Source: an uncultured delta proteobacterium (GTDB lineage: Bacteria > Desulfobacterota > Desulfuromonadia > Geobacterales > Pseudopelobacteraceae). From it: DNA of 64,000 nucleotides. The notes below the pieces were generated by a model, which worked only from the letters and a program-made list of their open reading frames with translations, did not search any database and was not told the origin of the DNA. Position 1 is the stretch's first letter; each line of letters begins with the position of its first letter. Of this stretch, positions 33,209 through 43,863 are shown one piece after another. Location: the NCBI GenBank assembly GCA_963772835.1, contig CAVYYZ010000009.1, positions 1 to 64,000 of the forward strand, given 5' to 3'. A program made the position numbers and the translations under genes.

Positions 33209-34090
33209 TCATCTGATATCGTAATTGAACGTCTGCGGCTGCCCGTCACGGAGAATATCAAGTTTCAGCCGGTTCTGCCCCTTAAGGGCGATAAATGACT
33301 GAAGCGCCTTATCAGGCGAATCCATCGGGAAATCGTTCAAACGCAACAGAACGTCGCCGTTTTTAATGCCGATCATGCCGAAAACTCCGTTCGGTTTTAC
33401 CTCTGAAGCCCGAAAACCCTCGACTTTGCCATCCTTCTGACTCGGCAGGAGACGGGCATCACTCATGGCCTGGGCAGGATTATCCAGTGCGGCGTTGAGA
33501 GCCCGCTGATCGATAACATAACTTCCTGCACCAATGTTGGCCACCGCCGTGACCGTATGCGGTGCTCCGGTCGGTGGGATCTGGCCGGTCTGTGGAGAGG
33601 CAGGCGGCGTCATGGGGGTTAGCAACTCGACTTTTTTATTATTGATGACAATAAAAGCGCTTTCCTTGCGGACCTCAACCAGGCGTCCGGCATCGAAGAC
33701 CAGATCCCCCAACCGGAATACCCGTTCTTCCTGTTTTGTCGTATGCCGGACCAAAGCAAAAGTCTCGCGGAATGATCCAACGACCGTGCCGAGCAGCAGC
33801 AGTTCGGTCGGTGCAGTCGCCGGAGCGGCCTGAAGTGCGCCAGTAGCGTTTGTGATCGGCGTAAGCGCACCTTGAGCAGCCGAGCCAAATAACCCGGCAG
33901 TCAGAATCGGAGCGTAGAAGGAAAGATCTTCCGTACGGGGAGGGGGGACTGCTGTGGCCGAAAGGCCTCCCCCTTTGGGGAGAAAGGTCTGGCCAAGACG
34001 CGTGGAGAGCCGCTCTGTTGTGAGTCCTGCCAACAGGGCTATGATGGATATCCCGAGAATAATGTTTATGATAGTTACGGTACGCGACAT
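33209..34090 (-). CDS. gspC: Type II secretion protein GspC with PDZ domain
   Basis: N-terminal TM; L.LLGTV; C-terminal PDZ-like GIKNGDVLLRLN, LDILRDGQ; upstream of gspD. Confidence 0.88.
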   Translation of the reverse strand: MSRTVTIINIILGISIIALLAGLTTERLSTRLGQTFLPKGGGLSATAVPPPRTEDLSFYAPILTAGLFGSAAQGALTPITNATGALQAAPATAPTELLLLGTVVGSFRETFALVRHTTKQEERVFRLGDLVFDAGRLVEVRKESAFIVINNKKVELLTPMTPPASPQTGQIPPTGAPHTVTAVANIGAGSYVIDQRALNAALDNPAQAMSDARLLPSQKDGKVEGFRASEVKPNGVFGMIGIKNGDVLLRLNDFPMDSPDKALQSFIALKGQNRLKLDILRDGQPQTFNYDIR

Positions 34091-34105
34091 AAAACCCGAA
34101 TAAAA

Positions 34106-34170
34106 ATGTTGGATTTTGAATGTTGGATTTTGAATTTCAATTCAACATTTACAATTCAAAACTCAAAATT
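34106..34170. repeat. Palindromic array of heptamer repeats
   Basis: ATGTTGG ATTTTGA ATGTTGG ATTTTGA ... TCAACAT TTACAAT TCAAAAC TCAAAAT. Confidence 0.7.
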
Positions 34171-35005
34171 GATTCTCTATTTCCCCATTGAACACTTCCA
34201 CTGCCGGACCGGTCATGTAGATGTTACCGTCGTCAGCCCATTCCATTTCAAGATCACCGCCGGACAGGTGGTTGAGAATCTTTTTCTCTGTCAGACCGTT
34301 CAGAACGCAGGCCGCCGTGACGGCGCTGGAACCGGTGCCGCAGGCCAGTGTTTCACCGGCACCCCGTTCCCAGGTGCGCTGTCGGATCTCCGTCCGGGAA
34401 ATGATCTGGATAAACTCAACATTGGTGCGACGCGGAAAGATTTCATGGTTTTCTATGTGAGGACCGTACGTCGTGACCGGAAAACTGGCGACGTCATCAA
34501 CGAAGATGACGCAGTGAGGGTTGCCCATTGAAGCACAGGAAATCTTGAAGGTTCTATCAAGCACGGTCAACTCCACCGCAACGGCTGTTGCATCAGGGTC
34601 ACCGGTCATGGGGATTTCAGCACGGGTAAGGCGCGGAGGACCCATGTTGACCCGCACCTTCGCGATCTTTCCGTCGTCACCGGGAAAAAGCCGTAACGTC
34701 AGAATACCGGCCCCGGTCTCGGCGGTAATCTCCGTCTTAGCAACAACACCGTGATCATACGCATATTTCGCGACACAACGAATACCATTGCCGCACATCT
34801 CTGACTCAGAGCCGTCGGAGTTAAACATCCTCATACGCAGGTCTGCAACGTCCGAAGGCATGATCAGAATCAACCCATCCGAACCGATACCGAAATTACG
34901 GTTTGAAACCTGTATGGCGGTGCGCTGCGGGTCACTGACCGTCTCCTCAAAACAGTTCACATAGACGTAATCATTTCCGGCGCCCTGCATCTTGGTAAAT
35001 TTCAT
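34163..35005 (-). CDS. dapF: Diaminopimelate epimerase
   Basis: [46 protein letters not shown]. Confidence 0.97.
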   Translation of the reverse strand: MKFTKMQGAGNDYVYVNCFEETVSDPQRTAIQVSNRNFGIGSDGLILIMPSDVADLRMRMFNSDGSESEMCGNGIRCVAKYAYDHGVVAKTEITAETGAGILTLRLFPGDDGKIAKVRVNMGPPRLTRAEIPMTGDPDATAVAVELTVLDRTFKISCASMGNPHCVIFVDDVASFPVTTYGPHIENHEIFPRRTNVEFIQIISRTEIRQRTWERGAGETLACGTGSSAVTAACVLNGLTEKKILNHLSGGDLEMEWADDGNIYMTGPAVEVFNGEIENQF

Positions 35006-35180
35006 CGAAGGTAGTCCCCTTATTAGTAAAAATCGACTTTGTAACATAGCAAAAATAGAGCGCGGCAACAAGCAGTTTAATCTTATTTTTCCGCTTGAAA
35101 CAGTGCGATTGCCAAGTCATTGTCGAGCGGCTATACTCATTCCGATGTAGTGACATTTCAACTCAAGAGGAATTACTGTC

Positions 35181-35711
35181 ATGGTCAAAGCGTTTCAAGG
35201 CATCCACCCAATCATCGACCCGACAGCTTTTGTCGCCGAAACCGCCGTAATAATCGGCGATGTCAAAATGGGGGCGCATTCAAGTGTCTGGTACAACTGC
35301 GTTGTTCGCGGCGATGTCAACCATATCCGTATCGGTGCCCGCAGTAACGTGCAGGACCTGTCCATGCTGCACGTTACCCACAAAAAACATGCCGATGACC
35401 CCGGTGCACCGCTGATCATCGGTGATGACGTCACCGTCGGTCACAGTGTGACACTGCATGGCTGCACCTTGCAGAACGGATGTTTTATCGGGATGCAGGC
35501 CATGGTGATGGACAATGCCGTGGTAGGCGAAGGTGCGCTGATAGGTGCACGGGCGCTGGTGACCGAAGGAACAGTCATCCCTCCCCGCACCCTCTGGATC
35601 GGAGCACCGGCCAAATATAAGCGCGACCTGACCCCGGATGAGGTGGCCTGGCTGAAAAAATCACCCGGTAACTATGTGAAATACTCCCTGCAGTACATAA
35701 ATGACAAATAA
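35181..35711 (+). CDS. Gamma-carbonic anhydrase family (YrdA-like) hexapeptide-repeat protein
   Basis: IIGDV, VVRGDVN.IRIG..SNVQD, VTVGHSVTLHGC. Confidence 0.93.
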   Translation: MVKAFQGIHPIIDPTAFVAETAVIIGDVKMGAHSSVWYNCVVRGDVNHIRIGARSNVQDLSMLHVTHKKHADDPGAPLIIGDDVTVGHSVTLHGCTLQNGCFIGMQAMVMDNAVVGEGALIGARALVTEGTVIPPRTLWIGAPAKYKRDLTPDEVAWLKKSPGNYVKYSLQYINDK

Positions 35712-35825
35712 GTCGGCATATTGGCGCTCGTCCGCTCCTTCTGAGCATCTTCTCCCCGATGGCGAAGGAATACCCGGCGCTTCCCTGCCTCCGGGAGATG
35801 GCAACAAAAGACTGAGTGAGGGAAT

Positions 35826-37079
35826 ATGAACTGGCTTTCCCACATAGGCAAAAAAGCCTCGCGCCTGGCCTCACTGGAACTGTTCCGTTATATCGGGCCA
35901 GGTTTTTTTGTCACGGTCGGCTTCATCGATCCGGGCAACTGGGTTACCAATGTAGCAGCCGGCTCACAGTTCGGCTATCAGCTGCTCTGGGTAGTATCGC
36001 TCTCCACAGTTATCCTCATTGTAGTGCAGCATAATGCCGCACACCTCGGTATTGTCACCGGCCTCTGTCTTTCCGAAGCCGCCTCAAAATATTTTAAACC
36101 ATGGCTGCGGATCCTCATGCTCGGAAGTGCAATGATTGCCTGCGTTGCCACAGCCCTGGCAGAACTTCTGGGAGCGGCCATCGGCCTTAACATGCTGACC
36201 GGCCTTCCGCTTTCCGTCGGAGCAGTTTTATCTGCAGGTTTTTCGGCATGGATGCTTTTTTCAAAAAACTACCAACGACTTGAAAAATGGATTATGGGTT
36301 TCGTCTCCCTGATCGGCCTGGCATTCATCTTCGAAATCTGGCTTGCAGATGTCTCGTGGCTGCAGACAGCAGTCGGCTGGGTGACGCCATCCTTTCCAGC
36401 CGGAGCACTGACCGTCATTATGGCTGTATTGGGCGCGGTTGTCATGCCGCACAATATCTTCCTTCATTCTGAAGTCATCCAGAGCCGCCAATGGAATGCA
36501 CAGGGCGATGATGTCATACAGAAACAGCTCAAATATGAATTTATGGACACACTGACAGGGATGGGCGCCGGATGGGCTATCAACAGCGCCATGATCATAG
36601 TGGCCGCGGCTGTATTCTATAAAAACGGCATCGTCGTAAACGAGCTGCCGCAGGTCACCATGACGCTGGAGCCGATCTTCGGCCGGGCCTCTGCAGTTGT
36701 TTTTGCTCTTGGGCTCCTTTTTGCGGGACTCGCATCGTCAGTAACCGCCGCAATGGCGGGCGGCAGTGTCTTTGCGGGGATCTTTATCGAGCCATTCGAC
36801 ATCAACGACCCTCATTCACGGATCGGCCTGGGCATCACGCTTTTGGGCGCACTGGCGGCTATCCTGCTGCTGTCAGATCCATTCAATGGAATCCTCTGGA
36901 GCCAGGTCGTCCTTTCCCTGCAACTCCCGCTGACTATTGTCCCGCTGATCCTGTTGACCTCTTCGAAAAAAGTCATGGGCGAATATGCCAACAAGACCTA
37001 TGGAGCGATCGTACTCTGGGCTGTGGGGATGATTGTAATCGTGCTTAATATCGCCTTACTGGTTGATTTGGCTCGCTAG
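35826..37079 (+). CDS. mntH: Nramp family divalent metal transporter
   Basis: IDPGNW and LGAVVMPHNIFLHS signatures; multiple TM helices. Confidence 0.92.
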   Translation: MNWLSHIGKKASRLASLELFRYIGPGFFVTVGFIDPGNWVTNVAAGSQFGYQLLWVVSLSTVILIVVQHNAAHLGIVTGLCLSEAASKYFKPWLRILMLGSAMIACVATALAELLGAAIGLNMLTGLPLSVGAVLSAGFSAWMLFSKNYQRLEKWIMGFVSLIGLAFIFEIWLADVSWLQTAVGWVTPSFPAGALTVIMAVLGAVVMPHNIFLHSEVIQSRQWNAQGDDVIQKQLKYEFMDTLTGMGAGWAINSAMIIVAAAVFYKNGIVVNELPQVTMTLEPIFGRASAVVFALGLLFAGLASSVTAAMAGGSVFAGIFIEPFDINDPHSRIGLGITLLGALAAILLLSDPFNGILWSQVVLSLQLPLTIVPLILLTSSKKVMGEYANKTYGAIVLWAVGMIVIVLNIALLVDLAR

Positions 37080-37164
37080 GGAAGCCACAAACAGCCCAAA
37101 AACCACCTTGCCTGAGTGGTCTGATTCTGTTATTTTTGGGCAATTATCAGGAAGGTTGGCAGGC

Positions 37165-37929
37165 ATGAAAATCACTATTTTAGGTTGCGGCACCTCCACC
37201 GGGGTTCCGATGGTCGGTTGCGACTGCCCGGTCTGCACCTCAACCGACCCCAGGGACAAACGTACGCGCGCGTCACTTTTGATGTGCTATGATAATCACA
37301 CCGTTTTGATCGACACATCCACTGATTTGAGAGAGCAGGCACTACGGCAGCATATCAGGCGCATTGACGCCGTGCTTTTCAGCCACGCCCACGCCGACCA
37401 TGTCAATGGCATTGACGACCTGCGCGGATTTCATTTTATCCACAAAGAGGTTCTCCCCTGCTTTGCCTCACGGGAAACCCTTGAAACGCTGCTGAACGGC
37501 TTCAGTTATATTTTTAATGAACATGAAGGTTCCGGCTACACGCCGTTACTGGCCGCCCATGAGATCAATTCTCCTTTTACGCTGTTCGGGCAGACGGTCA
37601 TCCCTATTCCGCTGCTGCATGGCAGAACCATCTCGCTTGGCTACCGAATCGGGGGTTTTGCCTACCTGACCGACTGCAGTGCCATTCCGGATGCATCATT
37701 TGAACTGCTGCAGGGACTGGATCTGCTTGTGCTTGACGGCCTGCGATGGGAAGAGCACCCGTTTCATTTTAACATCCCGGGTGCAATTGCTGCGGCTCGA
37801 CAGCTGAAAGCCACTCGCACGGTACTGACCCATCTCACCCATCAGATCGCGTATGCTGAAGGGGCCAAGCTGCCACCCGGTTTTGAGCTGGCGTACGATG
37901 GCATGGAATTCGATATGGAGCGATTCTGA
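37165..37929 (+). CDS. MBL-fold metallohydrolase (PhnP/YycJ-like)
   Basis: LGCGTSTGVP..GCDCPVC, SHAHADHVNGIDDLR, AYLTD, LTHLTH, AYDG. Confidence 0.92.
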   Translation: MKITILGCGTSTGVPMVGCDCPVCTSTDPRDKRTRASLLMCYDNHTVLIDTSTDLREQALRQHIRRIDAVLFSHAHADHVNGIDDLRGFHFIHKEVLPCFASRETLETLLNGFSYIFNEHEGSGYTPLLAAHEINSPFTLFGQTVIPIPLLHGRTISLGYRIGGFAYLTDCSAIPDASFELLQGLDLLVLDGLRWEEHPFHFNIPGAIAAARQLKATRTVLTHLTHQIAYAEGAKLPPGFELAYDGMEFDMERF

Positions 37930-37967
37930 TTTCAGAGTACCGGTGAAATCAGTGTGAGGAGAAAGCG

Positions 37968-39806
37968 ATGCATAAGGACATTCGGCTGCACGGCATGATG
38001 GGCGGGCAGACAGAGTATTTTGTCATGGTGGTCGGCAACGATGCCTACCAACGCTATTTTTTCAACATTGTCCAGGAGGAGGATCATCTCCGAATTTTCT
38101 CTCCCGGCAACGAAATGGTCCTTTCACCTGAGGGAGTCAGCTATCAAGGCAACGGCGGCAATTTTTGCGAATATATGTTCGGAGTAGATCAACCTTCTTC
38201 CGATGTTTCAAAACCGGAAATCGTCAATCGCCTGATTATGTACGGGGCTCACTCCGGCGAAGATGGTGCCGTTCGCTTCAGTGATCGTACATCCGGCACG
38301 GAATCATACGACTCCATTTTTTTCGAAGGAAATGCTGTCTGCAACTATTTCTACTTTGTTCACTCCAATCTGCTTTCCCGTAAATTGAAAAACCAGCAAG
38401 AGGAGCTTGTCAAGCGTCTCGGCAAGACAATTAAGCGTTCAGAGGCTATCGGCGACGAGCGTGATGATGTCCTTGTATCCGAGCTGTTTCCGTTATTACG
38501 AGATGAATCCTCCCAACTTTTTGTAGTCAAGCTGATCAATCGCCACCATCGTGAATATCGCGACCTCTTTCGCAGCTTCTATTTCAAAAACAAAAAAATA
38601 TCTGATGAGGATTTCAGTCGACTGGTGGCTGTCGCTTCCACACATAAAATTGACCGCTATCAACAGGAACGTATCAGAATTGATGCAATGTACCGTAGTC
38701 CTTCAAATAAACGAATTGTTGACGAGTATCGCAATATCCTGCTGACATGCAATTCCAAGGGTGAGATCAGTAACCTTGACAATGCCCGTCTGACTCGTCT
38801 GAAAACGTTGTCGGTCCGCAATAAAATTCCGGGGGCATTGTTTTACACCCTGGATGAGATGTTGAAAAAGGGGCGCAATCTCAAAAAGGATAATGAACCC
38901 GAGTATATCGCAGCAACCCGCGAAATCCTGCAAGGTATCTTTTTTCGGGAGATTGACATTGAAAGCCGCATAGACCGGAATGATATGCTCAAGCTGATTC
39001 AGGGCAAGAAAACGGCGATGGAACATCGCGATCATTCCTACGACCAATTGATGCTGGATGCCAGCAAGGAGTGCGATGAAAAAATCCGGGATGGCGCCGA
39101 CTCTTCGCTTCTGGATGGCTTCTCATATGTCATCACATATCTTGATCGCTTCGATACCGTTTCAAATCTGATCAGCCAGCTGGCTTTCATGGAAAACGTC
39201 CGGATCAATGAGGAAATGCTGCGTGGTTTGCTGGAGCATAAAGCCGCTTTTGACAATCTGCATGAAGATTGTTTTCAGGGGCTGTTTATCAGGGAACTCT
39301 TTGCAAACGCCTATCTTGGAAATTTCGGGCGGCGTAAAGTAAAAACGCTCATGGAAGGGCTGGCGGCAATAGAAGCGCTGGAATCAACAATTGAAGAGCT
39401 GTACCAGCAATTAACCGACATAGACCAGGAGGAACGCATTTCGATTGTACTTCTGGAGCATGTGCGTGACCGTATCCGCAATTTCTACTCCAAATTCACC
39501 ACCAAGGCTGACCAGGAGGCATTGCGACGCGAGGTGGTCGAGGAGTTGAGAACAAAGAAACGTATCAGTGCGGGCATTCCGGATCACCTTTTTAACGAAG
39601 CCATCTTTACCATCAAGAGAGAGGCCATGTACCTGCATTCGCTGCTGCCGCAAGTCATTGCGGAACGCAATGTAGCCCTGCGTGAGGACTTTCTTGAAAA
39701 TTCGGGGCTTGATCGGTTCTATGTCGAAGAGCTGGAACGGGAGTACTTTGAAAAAAACGCCCTGAACATTGAAGATCTGTACCAGATCAGGAAAGGGCTC
39801 AGCTGA
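37968..39806 (+). CDS. Conserved deltaproteobacterial protein of unknown function (TIGR04442-like)
   Basis: 612-aa ORF with RBS; MHKDIRLHG, FCEYMFGVDQP, FLENSGLDRFYVEELEREY; family recognised from memory, not searched. Confidence 0.75.
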   Translation: MHKDIRLHGMMGGQTEYFVMVVGNDAYQRYFFNIVQEEDHLRIFSPGNEMVLSPEGVSYQGNGGNFCEYMFGVDQPSSDVSKPEIVNRLIMYGAHSGEDGAVRFSDRTSGTESYDSIFFEGNAVCNYFYFVHSNLLSRKLKNQQEELVKRLGKTIKRSEAIGDERDDVLVSELFPLLRDESSQLFVVKLINRHHREYRDLFRSFYFKNKKISDEDFSRLVAVASTHKIDRYQQERIRIDAMYRSPSNKRIVDEYRNILLTCNSKGEISNLDNARLTRLKTLSVRNKIPGALFYTLDEMLKKGRNLKKDNEPEYIAATREILQGIFFREIDIESRIDRNDMLKLIQGKKTAMEHRDHSYDQLMLDASKECDEKIRDGADSSLLDGFSYVITYLDRFDTVSNLISQLAFMENVRINEEMLRGLLEHKAAFDNLHEDCFQGLFIRELFANAYLGNFGRRKVKTLMEGLAAIEALESTIEELYQQLTDIDQEERISIVLLEHVRDRIRNFYSKFTTKADQEALRREVVEELRTKKRISAGIPDHLFNEAIFTIKREAMYLHSLLPQVIAERNVALREDFLENSGLDRFYVEELEREYFEKNALNIEDLYQIRKGLS

Positions 39807-39810
39807 CGTC

Positions 39811-42627
39811 ATGTCGATATCAACGCGTTTTAAGGACTTTCAGTCTGCAACAGCTGCCTACGGCAAAGAGAATCTCGGAGAACTGCTGTATGCTCTGGCT
39901 GAAAATACCAAACAGCTGTCGGGGTGCGAACAGATCCGCATTTACCTGGAAGACCTGACCCGGGGCACTCTTACCTGTGTCCATGCCACCGGTCCACTCG
40001 GCAAAGAGCTCGTAGAGACAACATTTCCGATTGTTTCACAGAAAGTTTCCGTTTCCAACGTGTTTGCCACCCAGACTCCGGAGGATTTCAAGCTCTCCGG
40101 AGTTACCAGAACCTCCCCCGATTACGAATGTGCAACTCGCTTCAGATTCCGCTCCAGCTATCATCATGCCGATCGTCAGTCTGGGGAAATCGATCGGGGT
40201 CCTCTGTATCGATCAGGACCACCCCGGCGAAGTAGTGGGCAGCCGCGCAAAAACAGAGCTCTGGCAGAGCTGGCCGGTTATTGTGGCCGACCATCTTGAT
40301 CAGGCCAGAATTTATCACCAGCAGGTGCGTCTGGCCGGCGACTTGAAGAGTTCAAGGCTCGCGAAGCGGCCGGAATGATGGTTAGATCGGCCGTTAAACT
40401 GATTGAGAAGGTTTCTCTGGCAGCTGTGCTGGTACCGAATCATCAAGAGGGTGTTTCAGGTGCTCTTGAAAATCTGGCCAGTTACTCGACCGATGAAAAA
40501 CTTAAAAAAACGTATGATCAGCTGGGAGCGCTCGATCTCCGCAAGGGGATGTCGCTGATATCCAACTATATTAACGATCAGGGACTGATCACTGATGATC
40601 GCCTGTTAAAACCTCTCTTTATCCCTGACCTGACTCAGCACAACCTGCAGAAAAGGGCACTGACCGAGTCAATGGAGCTGCGTTCACTGTACGTCGTTCC
40701 GCGTTTCAATCCGGAAACACGGCGCATAATCTGCCTGCTTAATTACTACTCTCATGATTTATACCAATTCAGCGATTTTGAGATGGGTCTGCTGCAGACG
40801 CATGCCGAAATGGTCGAAAAGGTCATTAGTGAGGTCGGTAGTGAACACCTTGAAATCCGTGTGCTGTCAGAAATCAGTGACCTATTAAACGAACGGACTG
40901 AGAGTCTGCAGCCATTTTTAACAAGAGTTCTTTCAAAAGCAACAGAACTGATCGGAGCAGATACCGGCAGCATAGCAGTCGTGAGTGAGCGGGACGGCAC
41001 TAAATGGCTGATTGTTGAGGACAAGAACGGAGTAATCATTGGCGCCAAGAACAAGGAGTGGCTGAAAAAATACATCCCTCCTCTTATGGTCGGGGGAAAT
41101 GAACTGCCAAAAGAAGAGCGGAGCCTGACAGGATATGTCGCTTTTACCAAGCGATCAAAAATTACCGCCCGGGTGGAAGCTGAATTGATGGGAAGCGGTT
41201 TCCATCGTTCCATGAGTGCACTTTTAAAGAGCGAAATCGCGGTACCGATAATCTGTGATGGTGAAGTCATCGCCGTTATCTGTCTCAACTCGCTGCAGTA
41301 CGATTATTTTCGTGAAGAGCACCGCCGCATCCTGCAGATTATCGGTTCACTGACGGCGCGTCACATATCCGATCTGCAACGTATCGAGCGCCTGCAGGGC
41401 GAGGTAAACCGGCTTACAACCGATGTTGCATACAAGGATCCGCACGTCTCTTCATATCGACTCGGCAACATCATCGGCAACAGCCGGAAATCCCAGGAGG
41501 TCGTCGATTTTATAAACACCGTATCGCCGCCTCTCTTCAATCGCATCGTATTCTGGTCCCGCAATATTCTCCAGGAGGCGACCATCGGACTTCCTTCAAT
41601 TCTGGTGACCGGTCAAACCGGTTCCGGCAAGGAGTTCTTTTTCAACAACCTTTACAACACGCTTAATGGTTTGTATCGACGCGATATCAATCCCGGCGGC
41701 GAATTGCCGGTCAAAAAAACAAATATCGCCGCATATTCGGGTGACCTGACCTATTCGGAACTGTTCGGGCATAAGAAAGGAGCATTTACCGGAGCATATA
41801 CCGATCGGCGCGGGATTCTGGAAGAGAACATCGGCGGCATCGTCTTCCTGGATGAAATTGGTGATGCCGATCCCAAGACCCAGGTACAGTTGCTGCGTTT
41901 TCTTGATAATGGCGGCTTCATGCGGCTCGGAGAAAATACAGAACGATACAGCAGGGTGCTTCTTGTTGCTGCAACCAACAAGAATCTGTCCGATGAGATT
42001 GCTGCCGGGCGGTTTCGTGAGGATCTCTACCACCGTCTTTCAGAGCTTTCAATACGCCTGCCGTCACTCAACGAACGGCGCGAGGATATACCCGATCTGT
42101 CGGTTCATTTTCTTGGTAAACTCTACCGTACGTACCGTGCCGAGCATGACACGGGAGAGACACCGCCATACCTGACCAAAGACGCGAAAGACATCCTCAT
42201 GCACCACAGCTACAAGGGTAACATCCGAGAGTTACGCAGTATTCTCCTTCGAGCGCTTTTTTTCAGAAGAAAGAATGTCATAACGGGTGATGCAATAACT
42301 GAGGCTATTGCCGGTACCGGACGCCTGGAAGGGCTTACGTCATCTGTAACGCATGATCTTGACCAACGCGTGGCAGGTGAAATAATTGACAGGATTGCAG
42401 CAGGCGGTGATTTTTGGGCGGATATTTATGAACCTTTTTCACGCAACGACATTTCGCGCGAAACGGTCCGAATGATTATCGAGCAGGCGCGGGCTAAATC
42501 AGGTAAAACCATGCCGGCAGTGGCACGTTATCTTAATGCTCTTACACATGGATCAGGGAAAGAGGAGGAGCAGCGACAGCTGTTTCGATTCAAGAATTTC
42601 CTTTATAAGACGGTACGGATCGGATAG
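39811..42627 (+). pseudogene. GAF-containing sigma54-dependent activator, broken by several frameshifts at ~40160-40340 (pseudogene or sequence error)
   Basis: Pieces in three frames (39811-40160, ~40165-40335, ~40336-42627); GAF motifs PIVSLGKSIGVLCID and SEIAVPII.DGEVIAVI; AAA+ GQTGSGKE, ELFGHKKGAFTGA, FLDEIGD, FREDLYHRL, GNIREL. Confidence 0.8.
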
Positions 42628-42662
42628 CGGAACCCACCGTTCTAAACTGCCAACTACTATGT

Positions 42663-42697
42663 ACACCCCGCCGGTTATACCGACGGGGTGTTTTTTG
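42663..42697 (+). terminator. Intrinsic terminator
   Basis: ACACCCCGCCGG-TTATA-CCGACGGGGTGT followed by a T run. Confidence 0.75.
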
Positions 42698-42702
42698 TGT
42701 AT

Positions 42703-43854
42703 CTACTGCCACACGTCACTGCTGTCGTGAATACGTGACTTCCCGCCACTCTGCTTTGAATGGCACGAACCTGTACAGGTGACAACCCCCGATATGCGGG
42801 TGAATGTCATGCCCGATAAGATTGCGGCACTTGTCCCATTAGTAAACCGGACTGTCACGTCGCCCCTTGTCTTAACAATCCTGTTGCTGTTCCCGTGCGA
42901 GGGGGATCCACTCCCCCCGCCGGTATGACAGACGGCACAATCAACAGCATGCCAGACATTTGATGCATGGCGGCCGGCATTATTCGGAAAGACCGTGCCG
43001 TTCGGCTGCCCGGTAGCGATGTTCACATCGCCATGACAGGCCCCGCAGCCGATGTTCCCGGTCTTCCATCCTGAATGGCATCCGGAGCATACGGGCGGTG
43101 TGCCGTTGGCAACAGGATAAGTACCGGCCGCGTTTGCCACATCCGTATGACATGGTATGCAGTATGTCCCGAAGTCGAAACCGACTGATTTATGCGCACT
43201 GCCCGGAAAGGGGAATTCGTGCCCCATCACACCATGACAGAGGGTATTGTTGAAACATCCACCAGCCCCGATTATTGCCGTAGCCGGAAGTTTTGCCAGC
43301 CCTTCGGGGCTGAGGTTGGAACGGCCGGTGTGACACTGCGCACAGACCGGGGCATTACCGGGGTTTGTCGTGGTGTGACTGATGGTGGCGCCGGTCCATG
43401 GTTTAGGCGGATGCGGGGCCGTTGTATGGCATCTCAGACAGTCCTTCCCGATTGCACCGGCTCCCCGGTAATCAGTGCCGTGACAATTCGCGCAGAACGC
43501 CATGCCATCTACCCCGGATACTGCGGCCTTGGCATGGGCTCCGTGAGCGGCGGGGTCACTCCAGCCGGCCGGATGGCCGTACGGCCCCTGAGCATGGCAC
43601 GACATGCCGTTTCTGTCGGCACTGAAACAGCTTACCCTGCTGATGCCGCCGCTCAGCTCGGCCCCGTGACACTCCTTGCATTTGTCAGGTGCAGACAGAA
43701 ATGCTGCCGGATGGTTTCCTCCGACCGATGCGACCGCCCATCCGGCAGGATGGTTCCCTGACGTATCGACAGTAACCGGTGTGTCATTGGCAGTGCTGCA
43801 TCCCCAGAGGCTTATGAGCATGAGCAGTATTGCGCCGCTTTTAATCGTGGTCAT
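42703..43854 (-). CDS. Multiheme c-type cytochrome lipoprotein (8 CxxCH + 3 extended motifs), ExtD-like
   Basis: Lipobox LWGC; CKECH, CANCH, CLRCH, CAQCH, CIPCH, CSGCH, CGACH, CAVCH; plus Cx9CH, Cx5CH, Cx3CH. Confidence 0.9.
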   Translation of the reverse strand: MTTIKSGAILLMLISLWGCSTANDTPVTVDTSGNHPAGWAVASVGGNHPAAFLSAPDKCKECHGAELSGGISRVSCFSADRNGMSCHAQGPYGHPAGWSDPAAHGAHAKAAVSGVDGMAFCANCHGTDYRGAGAIGKDCLRCHTTAPHPPKPWTGATISHTTTNPGNAPVCAQCHTGRSNLSPEGLAKLPATAIIGAGGCFNNTLCHGVMGHEFPFPGSAHKSVGFDFGTYCIPCHTDVANAAGTYPVANGTPPVCSGCHSGWKTGNIGCGACHGDVNIATGQPNGTVFPNNAGRHASNVWHAVDCAVCHTGGGSGSPSHGNSNRIVKTRGDVTVRFTNGTSAAILSGMTFTRISGVVTCTGSCHSKQSGGKSRIHDSSDVWQ

Positions 43855-43863
43855 GGCATTCTC

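Noticed and set aside
34106..34170. CRISPR array
   Set aside because: Units are 7 nt with no spacers; no CRISPR array or cas gene was seen anywhere in the window
35712..35825. yybP-ykoY manganese riboswitch upstream of mntH
   Set aside because: The conserved GGGGAGUA and GAGACC elements are not visible; the short hairpins look more like a decayed palindromic repeat
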